Positions 23,456 through 35,089 of a stretch of 64,000 bases of DNA are shown here, one piece after another (positions within the stretch are counted from its first letter, which is position 1; every line of letters starts with the position of its first letter). The DNA is taken from the NCBI GenBank assembly GCA_001662655.1, contig KV460239.1; one strand, 5' to 3'. The notes below the pieces were generated by a model. It was not told the origin of the DNA. It saw nothing but the letters and a program-made list of their open reading frames with translations, and ran no database searches. This stretch comes from Pseudogymnoascus verrucosus (taxonomy: Eukaryota). Both the position numbers and the translations under genes were made by a program.

Positions 23456-24210
23456 TTATACCAGCTCAAAAGCACCGAAAGAACCCTTGAATTGCACGGT
23501 AGCGGAGAGACAGGTAATCTGCCTGTCATCCTCGGTGAAGACATCTGCTGTGACTGTGTATTTTCCCTATAACAATCACCATCATTAGCCCTCATTCCCC
23601 AAGTCCATCTTTCCACCACCAAACCACCCCAACGAAACGAGTAGGAATCACATACCGGTGGAATCTGCGCCGGCAAATCAACCTCCTTGGTAATCTTGGT
23701 CTCCCCAGCCTTGATGGGACACTCCATATCGACCTCCTTGATCTGCTCGCACAGATCGGCTGTGGTGCTGAGGAGCTTGATGAGGCCGTATTTGACTTGC
23801 AGGACGACGTAGGCGCCTTTGCCGATGTCTTCTTTGAAGGTGCCGATGGCTTCGATGGTTAGGGTTTTGCCGCTGGGAGAAGTCAGTTGTCTGTTCATAT
23901 AACTATATATCGTATCCATCCATCCACCCATCTAGTCTGATGTTGTTTTTGTTGGGAACGGTGCAGGGACGAGGAAGCGACAGGAACGGAGAGAGACTCA
24001 CGCCAAAGGCGGATTCGGATTCAAATTAACATGCTCCAGCGTCAGAATATCCCCCCCAAAATCCGCAGAACAATGCTCCAACGGCGACACACCCGGGATC
24101 TTCTTATCGCCCTCCTCGAGGATGAGAGACGACTGCTGCTGCTTGTCACCCCAGATCGCCAACGCCGAGGCGCTGAGGAGGAGGGGTGCGACGACGGCTA
24201 GGAACTTCAT
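23456..24210 (-). CDS. NPC2: ML-domain phosphatidylglycerol/phosphatidylinositol (sterol) transfer protein; exons 24210-24002, 23872-23656, 23566-23456
   Basis: Signal peptide; IPGVSPLEHC, LNPNPP, VKYGLIKL...DLCE, CPI, DLPAQIPPGKYTVTADV...ITCL. Confidence 0.93.
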
Positions 24211-24279
24211 TGTTTCGCTTCTCTGCTTCTGCTCACTGGTCTTCTATTATAGTATCGTATCGGTATGAGGTGTTTGCGA

Positions 24280-24280
<1 letters not shown>

Positions 24281-24320
<40 letters not shown>

Positions 24321-24340
24321 GTGAGTGAGTGAGTGAGTGT
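24281..24340 (+). repeat. Compound microsatellite (GA)n(GAGT)n
   Basis: Read directly; about 70 bp upstream of the NPC2 start codon. Confidence 0.95.
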
Positions 24341-27247
24341 GTATGAGAGGTGGTGGTTGAGGCAGCTGATGGCAAACTGGACTGCGCTGCGCCGGTTCCC
24401 TGGTTGGGTAGTGTGGGAGTCAAAGCCGGGGTGGAGTGGCGATTGTCGGCCGCAGGGTCGGTGGAATGCGGGGTTGTGATTGGTGGAGATCGTGGGGGTT
24501 GGTGTACAGGTACAACGGTGAGAGGGCGGGCTGGGGGGTTGAGAAGGTTGGGAAATGACGTGCGGGCAGGCGGGCTGTTTGGGGGATGGGTTTTTGGAGA
24601 GATCGGGGATCGTGGGTGTTTTATGGAGGTTGTGAGGGGATTGATGGGGTTGGGTATGTGGATTGTATTGATATTGATTGCGCTGGTTAGGAGGAGATAT
24701 GGTGGGAATGGTTGTATCTGGCGGCTTTAGTGTTGGCATTGGTTCTCAACACAGGACACAGGTGTGTCTTACTTCAGCTCTTTGGCGGTGCGGACAGAGC
24801 ACAGTTGAACAGACTCCAACATGGGATTCAAGGTCATGATATCGGATGAGCATCTTGAAGCCGTGCTTCTATACCCGTATGTCGTATCCCCTCCCTCCAG
24901 TCTGTTAGCTGCATCCATTTGATATAACAGTCAGGCTAGTAGTATATACCCCATCCCTCCGTTATCTGATGGTCCCACGCCCACCACGCCCCCATCTCCG
25001 CACCACCACAACTCCCCTCCGTGCCATACATAAAACCGCCGTACCTACCTGCCCCGCGGACCACCACCAGACCAGGACCAAGCCAGCCAGACTCGATGCC
25101 GTACATGAGGCCCTACCTACCCTACATATGATTCGAGAGTGCCCTGGCCAGGATGGTACAGCACACGGCGCGGCGCACAGTAGCGGGTGTTTATGTTGTC
25201 CTCGCAGCGGTCTCCTTCCATCCTCTGCAACACTCTGCATACCTCTAACTTACGGTGCATGTCGGCAATTGTGGAGGGAGAGCACTTCGAGGTCGGTCTG
25301 GAATGGAATGGAATGCGGTCACGGCGGGTGGTGGTGGTGGGTGATGATTGACGACGGGGATGATGGCGGTGGTGAGGGGGACAATGCGGTGGTTGTAAGA
25401 GCACTCTTCCTCTTCCTCTTCCTCTTCCTCCTTCCCTTTCTCTTATTGTCCTTGTCGCCGATGCTGTCTCCTCCTCGTTCTCATTCTCTCTTTATCCCTT
25501 ATCTTGTCCCCCCTCTCGCCATATCCTCGGCCTCCTCTCAAAACGCCGATCCCTCATTGCACACGCGAGTAGCTGCGGACTGTGTTCTGCGTACCGTGTT
25601 CTGTGTAGGGCGCAGTTGTGTGGACTATCCGACGCGTACAGGGAACACGGTGGTGGTGATGAGGATAAGCAGGCATCCAGGCTCCCAGGCTCCTCTCCGC
25701 TCTTTCCTTCCCCCCGTTCCCATCCCCAATCCCCCAATCCCGCCCTCTCTACCACCATACGCGACCACCCTACCACCACCAAAATCTCATACTAACGTAG
25801 AACAGGTGTAGGCAGAAGGATACTACGGCGACCGACACAGACCACCTCCACCACTCACAACAAAGTCCAAAGCCGGTGTGGATACGAGACTCGCACTACC
25901 CTACTAGACTAGTGCCGTACTTGTACTAGTCTACTACAGTCAAGCCACCATCCATACTAACCGGATCAGGTAAAACACCTACTCTGGTTCGGTGTTCGAC
26001 CAATCGCAGTCGCAGCAAGAGACGCAGATAGCGAGAAATGCGCTTTTCAGCCTTTTCGCTCCCCCTCATCCCACCCCCCATCCACCATCCATCCACCATC
26101 CATCCACCCCCCAAATTCCCAGTCGCGCCCCCTCCCAAATCCCACATCGCCTATGGTCTACATGTACCTACAGTACGAGGATGTACATGGGATGGCTACC
26201 CAACCACCCTACTGATATCTTGTACCATGCTACTTCTACTCAAACTACGGTAGGCGATTGTGCTCCTAAACTCTGGCTGCACTGGCTGCGCTCAGCACTG
26301 ACCACAGTGAGCACAGAGGTACTGTCTACCTCTAATCTACCCTGGAGACCACTAACCTCCACTAAATTTCACTGTCTGTTTAGTGGTTATTTAGTGGTCT
26401 TGGCCTCTTTTTACTCCCTGTTGATCCTTGTACTCTGTACTTGCGCTCAGTACTTTCTACTCTCGAACACGCTCTCGTTCGCTCTCTCTCTCTGTCTGTG
26501 GGTGGGTGTCTGTCTCTGTCTCTCCTCCTCCTCCTCCTCGTCTCTTACCTCTACACTACTCTTCCCTCTCGCACCCTCTCCTCTCCTCCCTCTTCCTCTC
26601 TCCCCCCCCAAACTCCTTCACCAATCTTCAACTTCACACTCCTTCTACTTTTCCACACGATACAATCACCATCATCGACTTCTCTCTAACGGCCGCATCC
26701 TTTTCTTACTCGCCATTGCGCTCATCTACGTTCAACGAAACACCATCCTCTTCGATCACCAACCCGCCACCCCCCAAACATCGAAACGCCTTCGTCGCGA
26801 AAAAAAGAACGACACAACCACCGTCGACTCCTTCTGCGCCACCACTTCTCTTCGAGCATTCGACCATACCATTCTTTTCAATGATAGTCTGCACGTCTGC
26901 ATAATACTCTTCAGACGTGTCGTCTGTTGACAAATAAGTGGATTGTGCACACCTCACTGTCGTCCTCTTCGCCGCTCTTTTCTTAACTCGAGTCCACTCC
27001 TCCCCGAAGGACACGACGCGAGACGAAACCAGAGCGCTCGATACTCTGTCAACAAACATCTCCATCGGTTGACAGAGATCTCCTATACCGATTGTCCATA
27101 CCTATACTACATTGCGACACGGGTCTCGATCTCTTACGAGTTCACCTCTGCTGCGCTCGTCGTCATGCGACTCAGACTAAAGCATAAGTGAACCCACATC
27201 TTGACCCTTTCCTGTAGCTGGAGCCACCTCGAGGCTTCTGCTAGATT

Positions 27248-30200
27248 ATGACAGAAAGGACCTTTTCCATACCACCGCCGATCGCGCAGAGTCAGCCCGT
27301 TTCGCAGTCTCCCGTCACGGCCAACCCTCGAAGCGCGCCGGGCGCCGCCACCGACTCTGTAGACGAGGAGCCATACACCATCAAGTGCATCTGCGACTAC
27401 TCGGACGACGACGGCAACACCATCTACTGCGAGCGATGCGATACGTGGCAACACATCGAATGCTTCTACCCTGGTAACGTCGAGGAGGCCTCACGCGATG
27501 ACTTCAGCCACTTCTGCGCCGACTGTGACCCGCGGCCCTTGGACCGCAGGAAGGCGCACGAGCGCCAACGCGAGCAGCGCCAGGACAAGCTGCGACAGGA
27601 CGACGTCGACAAGAAGACCAAACGCCCTCCCTCCAAGAGCCACAAGAAGAAGCCGAAGCCATCCGACGTCGTGACCAATGGCATTCACGACCACGATCCG
27701 CATCATGGCGCGAAGGCCGGCAGCCCGCATGATCACACCTCGCATGCGAAAAAACCGAAATCTCATCAACGATCACAACAATCCATCAGCGCGGCCAAGC
27801 GAAGCCCGTCGAACCACTCACGCAATCATTCCCACGCGCACCCTCTGAGTCCGGCCACCACACCACCGGATTTACCACAAGACTTCATAATACACACATA
27901 CTCCAAGCAGTTCCAGGACCTCTGCGAGAATGATCCTGGGCCGCAAGATCTCCAGGCGAACTCGTTCGCGAGCTTAGCCGTCACCGATTCCATGTCGAAT
28001 TGGCTTCGCGATCCCCAGAAGCTCCAGGAGGATGTCGGCATCCAAAATTCCCAGGACGTATTCCGGACAATAAAACCCGAAGTCGACTTCGACAACTATC
28101 CGAGGCCGAAATTGCAGGTCAATTCCAAAACAATCTCCACGAAACCCGAGTTACAATTGCGCTACCTGACGGTTTCGGAAACTCTCCGACAGAAGGAGAC
28201 GATCATCGGTGAATTGAAGGGGCTTGTCGGATTCCAAAGCACCTTCGTCGAGCTGGAGGGGGAGACGTATACTAAACTATGCCATCCACCTCCATTCGTC
28301 TTCTTCCACCCTCACCTCCCACTATACATCGACACAAGAAAGGAGGGGACACAATGCCGATACGTGCGACGAAGTTGTCGCCCGAACTCGATATTGGAAA
28401 CCTACATCACCAATGGATCCGAATACCATTTCTGCTTCCAGACTGAACAACCACTGGCTGCCAATGCCCAGATAACACTAGGATGGGACTTCAAATTCAG
28501 GAACGGCAAGCGCTTCGTGCACCTTCTAGGAATCGAAGACGACAATGGCACTGAGCCAGAAATTACAGAGCAGGAATACGACGAGCTCAGCGACTTAATA
28601 ACTAGCGTCCTTTCGGATTACGGCGGCTGTGCTTGTGACGCAGGTAACGATTGCGCCTTTGTTCGTTTCCATCGCAACTTCCGAAGCAAGCTGCAGCAGG
28701 TGCAAACACAACCCACGAAACCCAAGAAGCAACGGAAGCCAAAGCAACATGTCTCTCCCATAAGCACTGGCCATGCCACGAACAGCCGCGATGCGAGTGA
28801 AGGCAGGCAAGAGGTCTATGATGCAGAAGATGACAGCCGCTCCGCGTCTGGTTCGATCAAACCACGTAGTCGCGACATGACGCCGTTAACCGCTGGGCTC
28901 GATGCAAACGGGACTGAACTTGTTTCGGATCGTGATAAGAGGAAGCTTGCCGATATCGAGAAGACCTTTGAGCAGATGGATAAGCAGCCGCCTAGGAAGA
29001 AGAAGCGCGGGTCTGATGGGCCGATACTTCCGACACCAGCCAATGGGCACCCGCCTAATCAACGAACAAAGCACAAATCTGTCTCGCGTACGAATACGTC
29101 CATATCCACTTCGATGCAGGCGAATGGTACGACACAGTTCCAGAAGGATAAGAACAGACACTCCAGACATCCTTCGGAATCTCCGACAACAGAAGTATCG
29201 CCAAAGACGATGGGGGCAGCGTCATCGAAACCTGCATCGCGATATGGATCCGTTCCAGCTCGGTCGCGGCAGCTGTCACCTGTACGGAAGTCGAATTATG
29301 TCGATGCGGATACTCAGACCGATCCGGAACCAGATGCGTGGTATACCCAGACACCAAAGCCAAAGAAGAAGTTTGTCCCGCTTAGCCGACGCTTAGTGGA
29401 GAATCAAAGAAAGGCTTTCGCGGTACAAGAATCCCGGATCGCATCTCTAATGTCGCAAATGGAAATGTCACGGATGGAAGGCGTCGAGTCGACGGCGGGC
29501 AGTCACCCTCCGAGCCCTGAAGCCAAAACCGCTCCAAAGCCGGAGGGTGTCCCGCTTGCGAACGGCGTCAGAGTCGGCGTCGGCTCAGTGGAGCCCCCCG
29601 GCTCAGAAGACGGCAAGTCCGTCGCTGACCATGCCGAAGGGGCGGCCGATGTGCCGATGCCAGACGCGCCCTCCGCCTCCCCCGAGGCAGCCAAAGCACC
29701 TCCGCCGACATGGCCAGGGGTGCTCCACCCGCCGCCACCGGCAACGGCCAGTATCCCCGCCGACCAGAAATCCCCGGATCTCAAAATCCAGATGCCTGCC
29801 TCCGCAACGCCCTTCTCCGCTGCTGCTGCTGCTGCCGTGGCCAGTCCATCGACTGCGAGTACGCCGTTCCCGCTTTACTCCCCCGCGGGGTCGATTGCGC
29901 AGTCACCTATGGGGACGAGTTATCCATCTGCTTTTTCGCCGTCTGTGCTGAGTAGCGTGGGGCAGCATCCGCCGCCGATTAAGAAGAAGCTTAGTCTTAG
30001 TGCGTATAATGCTATGCGGAAGAAGCTGCCTGAGGCGTCGAAATCGGAAACGCCGAAGGTTGAATTGTCAAAGGCTGAACCAGCGCAAACTGAGTCTGCA
30101 CAAGCTGAGCTGCCGAAAGCCGAGCCAGTGGAGCAGGAGTCGAAGAGCCTCCCTCCTCCGCCACCGACGGAGACTAAGGATGCGTCAGCAGCGCTGGTGG

Positions 30201-30400
30201 GAGATGGTGAGCAGAAGGGGGTGTCTGAGACGCCTGTTCCTGTTCCCACTCCTACTCCTGCAGCAGCAACAGACGCAAAGGCTAGCGAACCACAAATTTC
30301 TGAACCTGCCAAGGATACCACGACGACGGATGATAAGACATTGAGCAACGGTGATACCACCACCAGCGGCAACGACAACGCGGCGACGGCGGCTGTGTAA
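27248..30400 (+). CDS. SET3: PHD-finger + SET-domain protein of the Set3/Set4 family (1050 aa)
   Basis: PHD finger YTIKCICDYSDDDGNTIYCERCDTWQHIECF..CADC; SET-like LYIDTRKEGTQCRYVRRSCRPN with RRSC in place of the catalytic NHSC; KKKLSLSAY motif. Confidence 0.88.
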   Translation: MTERTFSIPPPIAQSQPVSQSPVTANPRSAPGAATDSVDEEPYTIKCICDYSDDDGNTIYCERCDTWQHIECFYPGNVEEASRDDFSHFCADCDPRPLDRRKAHERQREQRQDKLRQDDVDKKTKRPPSKSHKKKPKPSDVVTNGIHDHDPHHGAKAGSPHDHTSHAKKPKSHQRSQQSISAAKRSPSNHSRNHSHAHPLSPATTPPDLPQDFIIHTYSKQFQDLCENDPGPQDLQANSFASLAVTDSMSNWLRDPQKLQEDVGIQNSQDVFRTIKPEVDFDNYPRPKLQVNSKTISTKPELQLRYLTVSETLRQKETIIGELKGLVGFQSTFVELEGETYTKLCHPPPFVFFHPHLPLYIDTRKEGTQCRYVRRSCRPNSILETYITNGSEYHFCFQTEQPLAANAQITLGWDFKFRNGKRFVHLLGIEDDNGTEPEITEQEYDELSDLITSVLSDYGGCACDAGNDCAFVRFHRNFRSKLQQVQTQPTKPKKQRKPKQHVSPISTGHATNSRDASEGRQEVYDAEDDSRSASGSIKPRSRDMTPLTAGLDANGTELVSDRDKRKLADIEKTFEQMDKQPPRKKKRGSDGPILPTPANGHPPNQRTKHKSVSRTNTSISTSMQANGTTQFQKDKNRHSRHPSESPTTEVSPKTMGAASSKPASRYGSVPARSRQLSPVRKSNYVDADTQTDPEPDAWYTQTPKPKKKFVPLSRRLVENQRKAFAVQESRIASLMSQMEMSRMEGVESTAGSHPPSPEAKTAPKPEGVPLANGVRVGVGSVEPPGSEDGKSVADHAEGAADVPMPDAPSASPEAAKAPPPTWPGVLHPPPPATASIPADQKSPDLKIQMPASATPFSAAAAAAVASPSTASTPFPLYSPAGSIAQSPMGTSYPSAFSPSVLSSVGQHPPPIKKKLSLSAYNAMRKKLPEASKSETPKVELSKAEPAQTESAQAELPKAEPVEQESKSLPPPPPTETKDASAALVGDGEQKGVSETPVPVPTPTPAAATDAKASEPQISEPAKDTTTTDDKTLSNGDTTTSGNDNAATAAV

Positions 30401-31211
30401 TAACAATAACAAATGGGAATATTGAAGTTCATTCTATTTTCTTTTATGATAATTGCTAGGGAAACTCACTCACTCCTGCGGGGATGTGTATTCCTTTTTT
30501 ATTACTCTTTTTTATTTTATGATGAAGGAGGCGGGAGGAGGGATTGTTTTTGTTGTTTTTCTTCTGCGCCAGCTTCTGTGCGAGTGTTGTTGTGTGGGCT
30601 TGTACACACCTGTTTGGCAATGGCAATGGCAATGGCAAAAATCGTTGGGGGGGGAGTTCTTTCTACTATTCTACCGTTTTTTTTTACACCCACCCTCTGT
30701 ATTTGAAAAAGGGGGGGTTATGTTTTTTATGGCGTTCTTTTACGGGGTTTGGGATCGGATGGGGAAATTATGGGATTGGGGGCGGTATGAGTGAGGAGTG
30801 AGGCGTGTGATGGGATAGGGGTGGGTGCGCGGATGGGGGGTATCAGGGACCTCGTTGTATGTTACATAGGCTAGGCTGGCGGCGGCTGGGATTGTCGGCG
30901 AGCTGGCTGGCTGGTGTGTGGAAAGGTTGAATAAGAGCCTTGTTAATTTATGCTGCTGTGTGTGTGTGTTGTGAATGTGATTGTGATAATATGATGTGAG
31001 ATGATGGGAAGTAAGGTGAGAATGGTACAGTATGCGTATATTGGCGCGGTGGTTTATGATGGGTATAACACTACAGACAGTGATACTGGGAAAAGCGTCA
31101 AGCTATATATATACATCCCCCTCCCCCTCTCCTGGGAGAACTCTAAAAATCTACAGCCTCCTCCCCTTTTCTCCCCCTTTTCTATAAACTACACCCCGCC
31201 CACCCCCTTTT

Positions 31212-32667
31212 CTACAAATTATCCACCGTAAAAATCAACAACGCCGCCTTATGCCTCACAAACAACCCGCCCAACCCAACAATCACCTGCATACACACAA
31301 TCTCATTCAACAACCTATCCTCCCTCAACGGCCCCCTCCACACCAGCCAGAGGTTCAGGATCGTCATATTGGTCGTCTCCCTCACCTTTCCATCTTCGTC
31401 GCGGTTGACTCCCAGACATCCCACCTTCTCCAGCACCGAAATCAACAAACTCTGCAACCTATTAGGCTCCCGCGTCCACGGCGTCACGGAAGGTTCAAGG
31501 AGTCCAGAACGCGCATTAAACCGCGGCAATCTGTGCCTCGGACACGCGATCAACCGGAAGAGTTGGGGAGCGGAGTATATGAAATTCGCAATCTGCGGCA
31601 GCAAAAGCAACAGCAGCGTCTTTGAGAAATGCCCCAGGATCGCACAGGCAGCGAATACAGTCCCGGCAAAATAACAGTACGTGTCCCCCACGAACACCTT
31701 AGCGGGGTACTTGTTCTGCGTCCACAGCGCTAGGGACACGCCGATGAAAGGGAGAAGGAGGTAGAGCGACAACAGATGCGAGTCTGTGGCTGGATGAAGT
31801 GGTGGAGAAGGGGGGAGGAGGTACAAGATGTCGTTCCCGGCGAGCAGCCCAGCGATGACGAGGGATTGGCTGACTTCGATCCCGTTTATCCCCGCGAGGA
31901 TGTTAATGCTGTTTGGAGCAAAAATAGCGATCGCGGCCATGTAGAGGTAGTACCCCCACCCCAAATTAAGCAGCTCGCCGAGGTAAGGGCGAAGGGGCGT
32001 GGGGACGACGACGTGGGTTACGCCGAAATCGACGAAGTAGACGATTAGGATGGGGATTGAGGCGAAGGCGGGGATGAAGAATTTGTGGCGCCATCGGATG
32101 TCGAAGAGGTCGTCGCCGATGCCGAGGATGACGACGGATTGGAGGGAGAGGAGGGCGGAGAGGTAGGATGCTAGCTAGGGGTGTGTGTTAGTGGGGGGTT
32201 TGTTCTGAGGGTTGTTGGAAAAGGGGGCGGGCGGGGTGATAACACACCTTGTTGTGAGGGAATCGGTGGAGGAATCTCCCAGTCTCGATATTCACCACCT
32301 CAACCACAACATCCCTATTTCCCCCCCCCGACGTCGCCGCCACAATATCCTTATAAAACGGGAACGGAATAAACACAATCGCCACCAACAAATACACCAC
32401 CGCGCACACCGCTCCCATCGTCTCCGGAATCTCCTTCTTGTGAACTTTACTCAGATCCTTCCCCCTCAATCCCGCTTTCATGAATGTAGGACCCAGCCAC
32501 CGGATCATGGCGTAGGTGGCGCTGAAGGCCATGCCGCTGAAGGCGAGGGAGGCGATGAGGGGCTCGCCATCGCCGTGGAAGGTGTTGCCGACTACAGCGA
32601 TGGAGCAGAGGAAGAGGGAGAGCAGGGAGAGTTGCTCGGGGAGGGAGAGGGTGGAGGGTGGTGGCAT
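31212..32667 (-). CDS. ALG7: UDP-GlcNAc:dolichyl-phosphate GlcNAc-1-phosphotransferase; exons 32667-32248, 32174-31212
   Basis: GKDLSK..IPETMG, LGIGDDLFDIRWRHK, NSINILAGINGIEVSQ, YPAKVFVGDTYCYFAG, GHFSKTLLL, CPRHRLPRFN. Confidence 0.96.
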
Positions 32668-32984
32668 TGCTGAGGAAGGCTAGTGGCGCATTGTATGTTG
32701 TAGTGGATTAGTGATGCGACGACTCTATTTCTTTTGCTCTGCTCTGCTGGAGATTGGGAAATGCGATGTAATGTGATAAAGAACGGCCCAGCTTATTTCC
32801 AGGACGACGTGGCTTTCTCAGCCTCGTGCACGCGCCGACGCGGCGGATTGGACTCATTGTTCAGCCTCGCGCGCTATCGGCCCAGTTCAGCCGCCTCACC
32901 ACTTACCACACCCACGTCACGCGAGGGGCGTAACCTTATTGTGCAACCAACAAACTCCGCGCTCTCCAGCGCACCAGGGCGCAA

Positions 32985-34339
32985 ATGACACCAGCAGCAG
33001 CAGCGATGGGAGAAGATCTATTCGGTGAGCCAACCGGCTTCTCGATCCAGCAGCACGGACACAAGGATATGGTCGAGGCGTCTGCTTTTAACAGCTACGG
33101 CACGAGATTTGCGCTGGGGTCCGCGGATGGGAAAATCAAGGTGTTTGATCGGTTGAGGAATGGGAGTTGGGGGCTTTGTGATACGTGGGCGGCGCATAAT
33201 GCGGAGGTTTTGGAGGTGAGTTTTGGGGAGATGCTTGATGGGAGTGGGTGGGGTGGGGTGGGTGGCTGATACTGATACTGATGGTCTTGGTGTAGTTGCA
33301 TTGGTTGCCGCCGACTATACATCCGAATATGCTAGGCTCAATATCGACGGATGGGAAGTTCAGGTTGTGGGCTGAAGATCCTACGATCCCTCCGCTTAAT
33401 GGGAGGAGGTTTAATTCAAAAGCGAATCGCCCGATTTACGAATTGCGATCTGCGTCGAGAGCGCCGTTCCTCTCTTTCGATGTGAAGCACAACCCGGAGC
33501 TGCGTCATACATTCCTAGCCCTGCTTGATCGCGACGCCCTCTTGACGGTGTATGAGAATGACGAGCCGGAGAATATGACGAGCTGGACACAGATCGATCA
33601 ATTCCTCGTCTGCGAAAAGCCGGCTAGAGGAGAGGAGGTGGCGTTCAAAGTCTCCTTCGACCCTAATCTCGAGCCGTCATATAATGCCATCCGCGAGGGT
33701 GTGCCGCGGGACTCCTTATCGCTTATTGTTGCTGGTATGAACACAGCCCGGATCTGGCGCACAAAGGTGATCTCTCATGATGTGAGTTTAGGGTCGGGGA
33801 GCAGCAGGGAATTTTATCGCGCTGCGGATTTGCCGGATCATAAAAGCTTGGTGAGGGATGTTGCTTGGGCGGCTGGGAGTATCAGGGGCTATGATATATG
33901 CGCTACTGTGTGTAAGGACGGGATAGTAAGAGTGTTTGAGGTGCGGACGCCGCCTAAGGAGGGACAGGAGGCGACGGATGCGCCGTATGGGGCGTATCCT
34001 TCTAATAAGGGGGGGAATCCTTCACGGATGAGTGTTGAGCTAAAGAATGGTCCATCGGGGATTGGGGCTGGTCTGGCTACTGTGAGGTCTGGTCCGGGTG
34101 GGAATAGGCAGTCCGGGGGGGTATCTCTGGCTGGTCAAGTTCCGCATACCGTCAAGGAGATGACGAAACTCGACGGCCATCATGGCCCTGTGTGGCGCTG
34201 CCAATTCGACGATGATGGACAGATGTTGGGGACGACTGGGGATGATGGGAAGCTCCTTTTATGGAGAAGACAACCGAATGGACAGTGGTGTTTGAATGGA
34301 GAGCTTGCGATGAAGAGGGAGCATAGGCCTATTGCTTAA
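32985..34339 (+). CDS. SEH1: WD40 nucleoporin Seh1-like; exons 32985-33215, 33296-34339 (alternative start 33006)
   Basis: HGHKDMV..FNSYGTRFALGSADGKIKVF, DTWAAHNAEV, GSISTDGKFRLWAED, HKSLVRDVAWA, HHGPVWRC..GDDGKLLLW. Confidence 0.82.
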
Positions 34340-35089
34340 TATCGGCGATGGGCCTTTGTTTAGGGGGTTATACTATACCCGCTTGCCTTTGTCTGGCATG
34401 AGTGTCACATATTCTGCAATGTTTCGGGAGGCGTTGGAGCGGAGTTTCGGGATCTGAGGCCATAATATTGTACACTTGAAGTTTAATGGCTTAATTATAA
34501 TTGTGTAGATACAGCAGGGAGCCATAGGGCTATAGGTTAGAAAGATGAAAGAAGATTTGTTGTACTCGCTGATGGAAATCCTCACTCATGTGCTGGCAGT
34601 AAGGTATTGGTAATATCGTGAAGACACTCAAAGTGAAACGCTGAACATCTATATTTAAGCTAAAGATCAATATAGAGGCGTTAAAGTATAAACAATAAAG
34701 TGAAAATAAATGAATGTAACTGCAATGCCCAGCAAACTAATGACGCAGAATCCCGTGTTGGAAGCGTTTTGAAATTAAAAACATTTCGGTTGGAGGTGAG
34801 GGGCTACGCTATCCCGCAAGGCTCCCAAATCCCAGCAGCCACCGCTTGCCGATTAAGGCACTCCACGTAACACCCATCGGCCCATTTGCCGTTCCCTCAG
34901 CCTTTCCATTCGTATTGCGCGTCCAGTCCAATAAGCAACAATCCTCCCCGCCCCAACATACATACACACCAGAATCCCAGCTAGGACATATTTTCGCCGT
35001 CTGCCTTGCCAAACTCGCCATACTGGATCGCAGGGTGCCTCGTTATCACTGGCGCGAACACCATGTGAACGGGATGTTCATCGATCGCC

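Noticed and set aside
24969..26930. 280-aa and 312-aa plus-strand ORFs upstream of SET3
   Set aside because: They translate CT/CA microsatellite-like promoter sequence into low-complexity peptides with no domain or codon bias.
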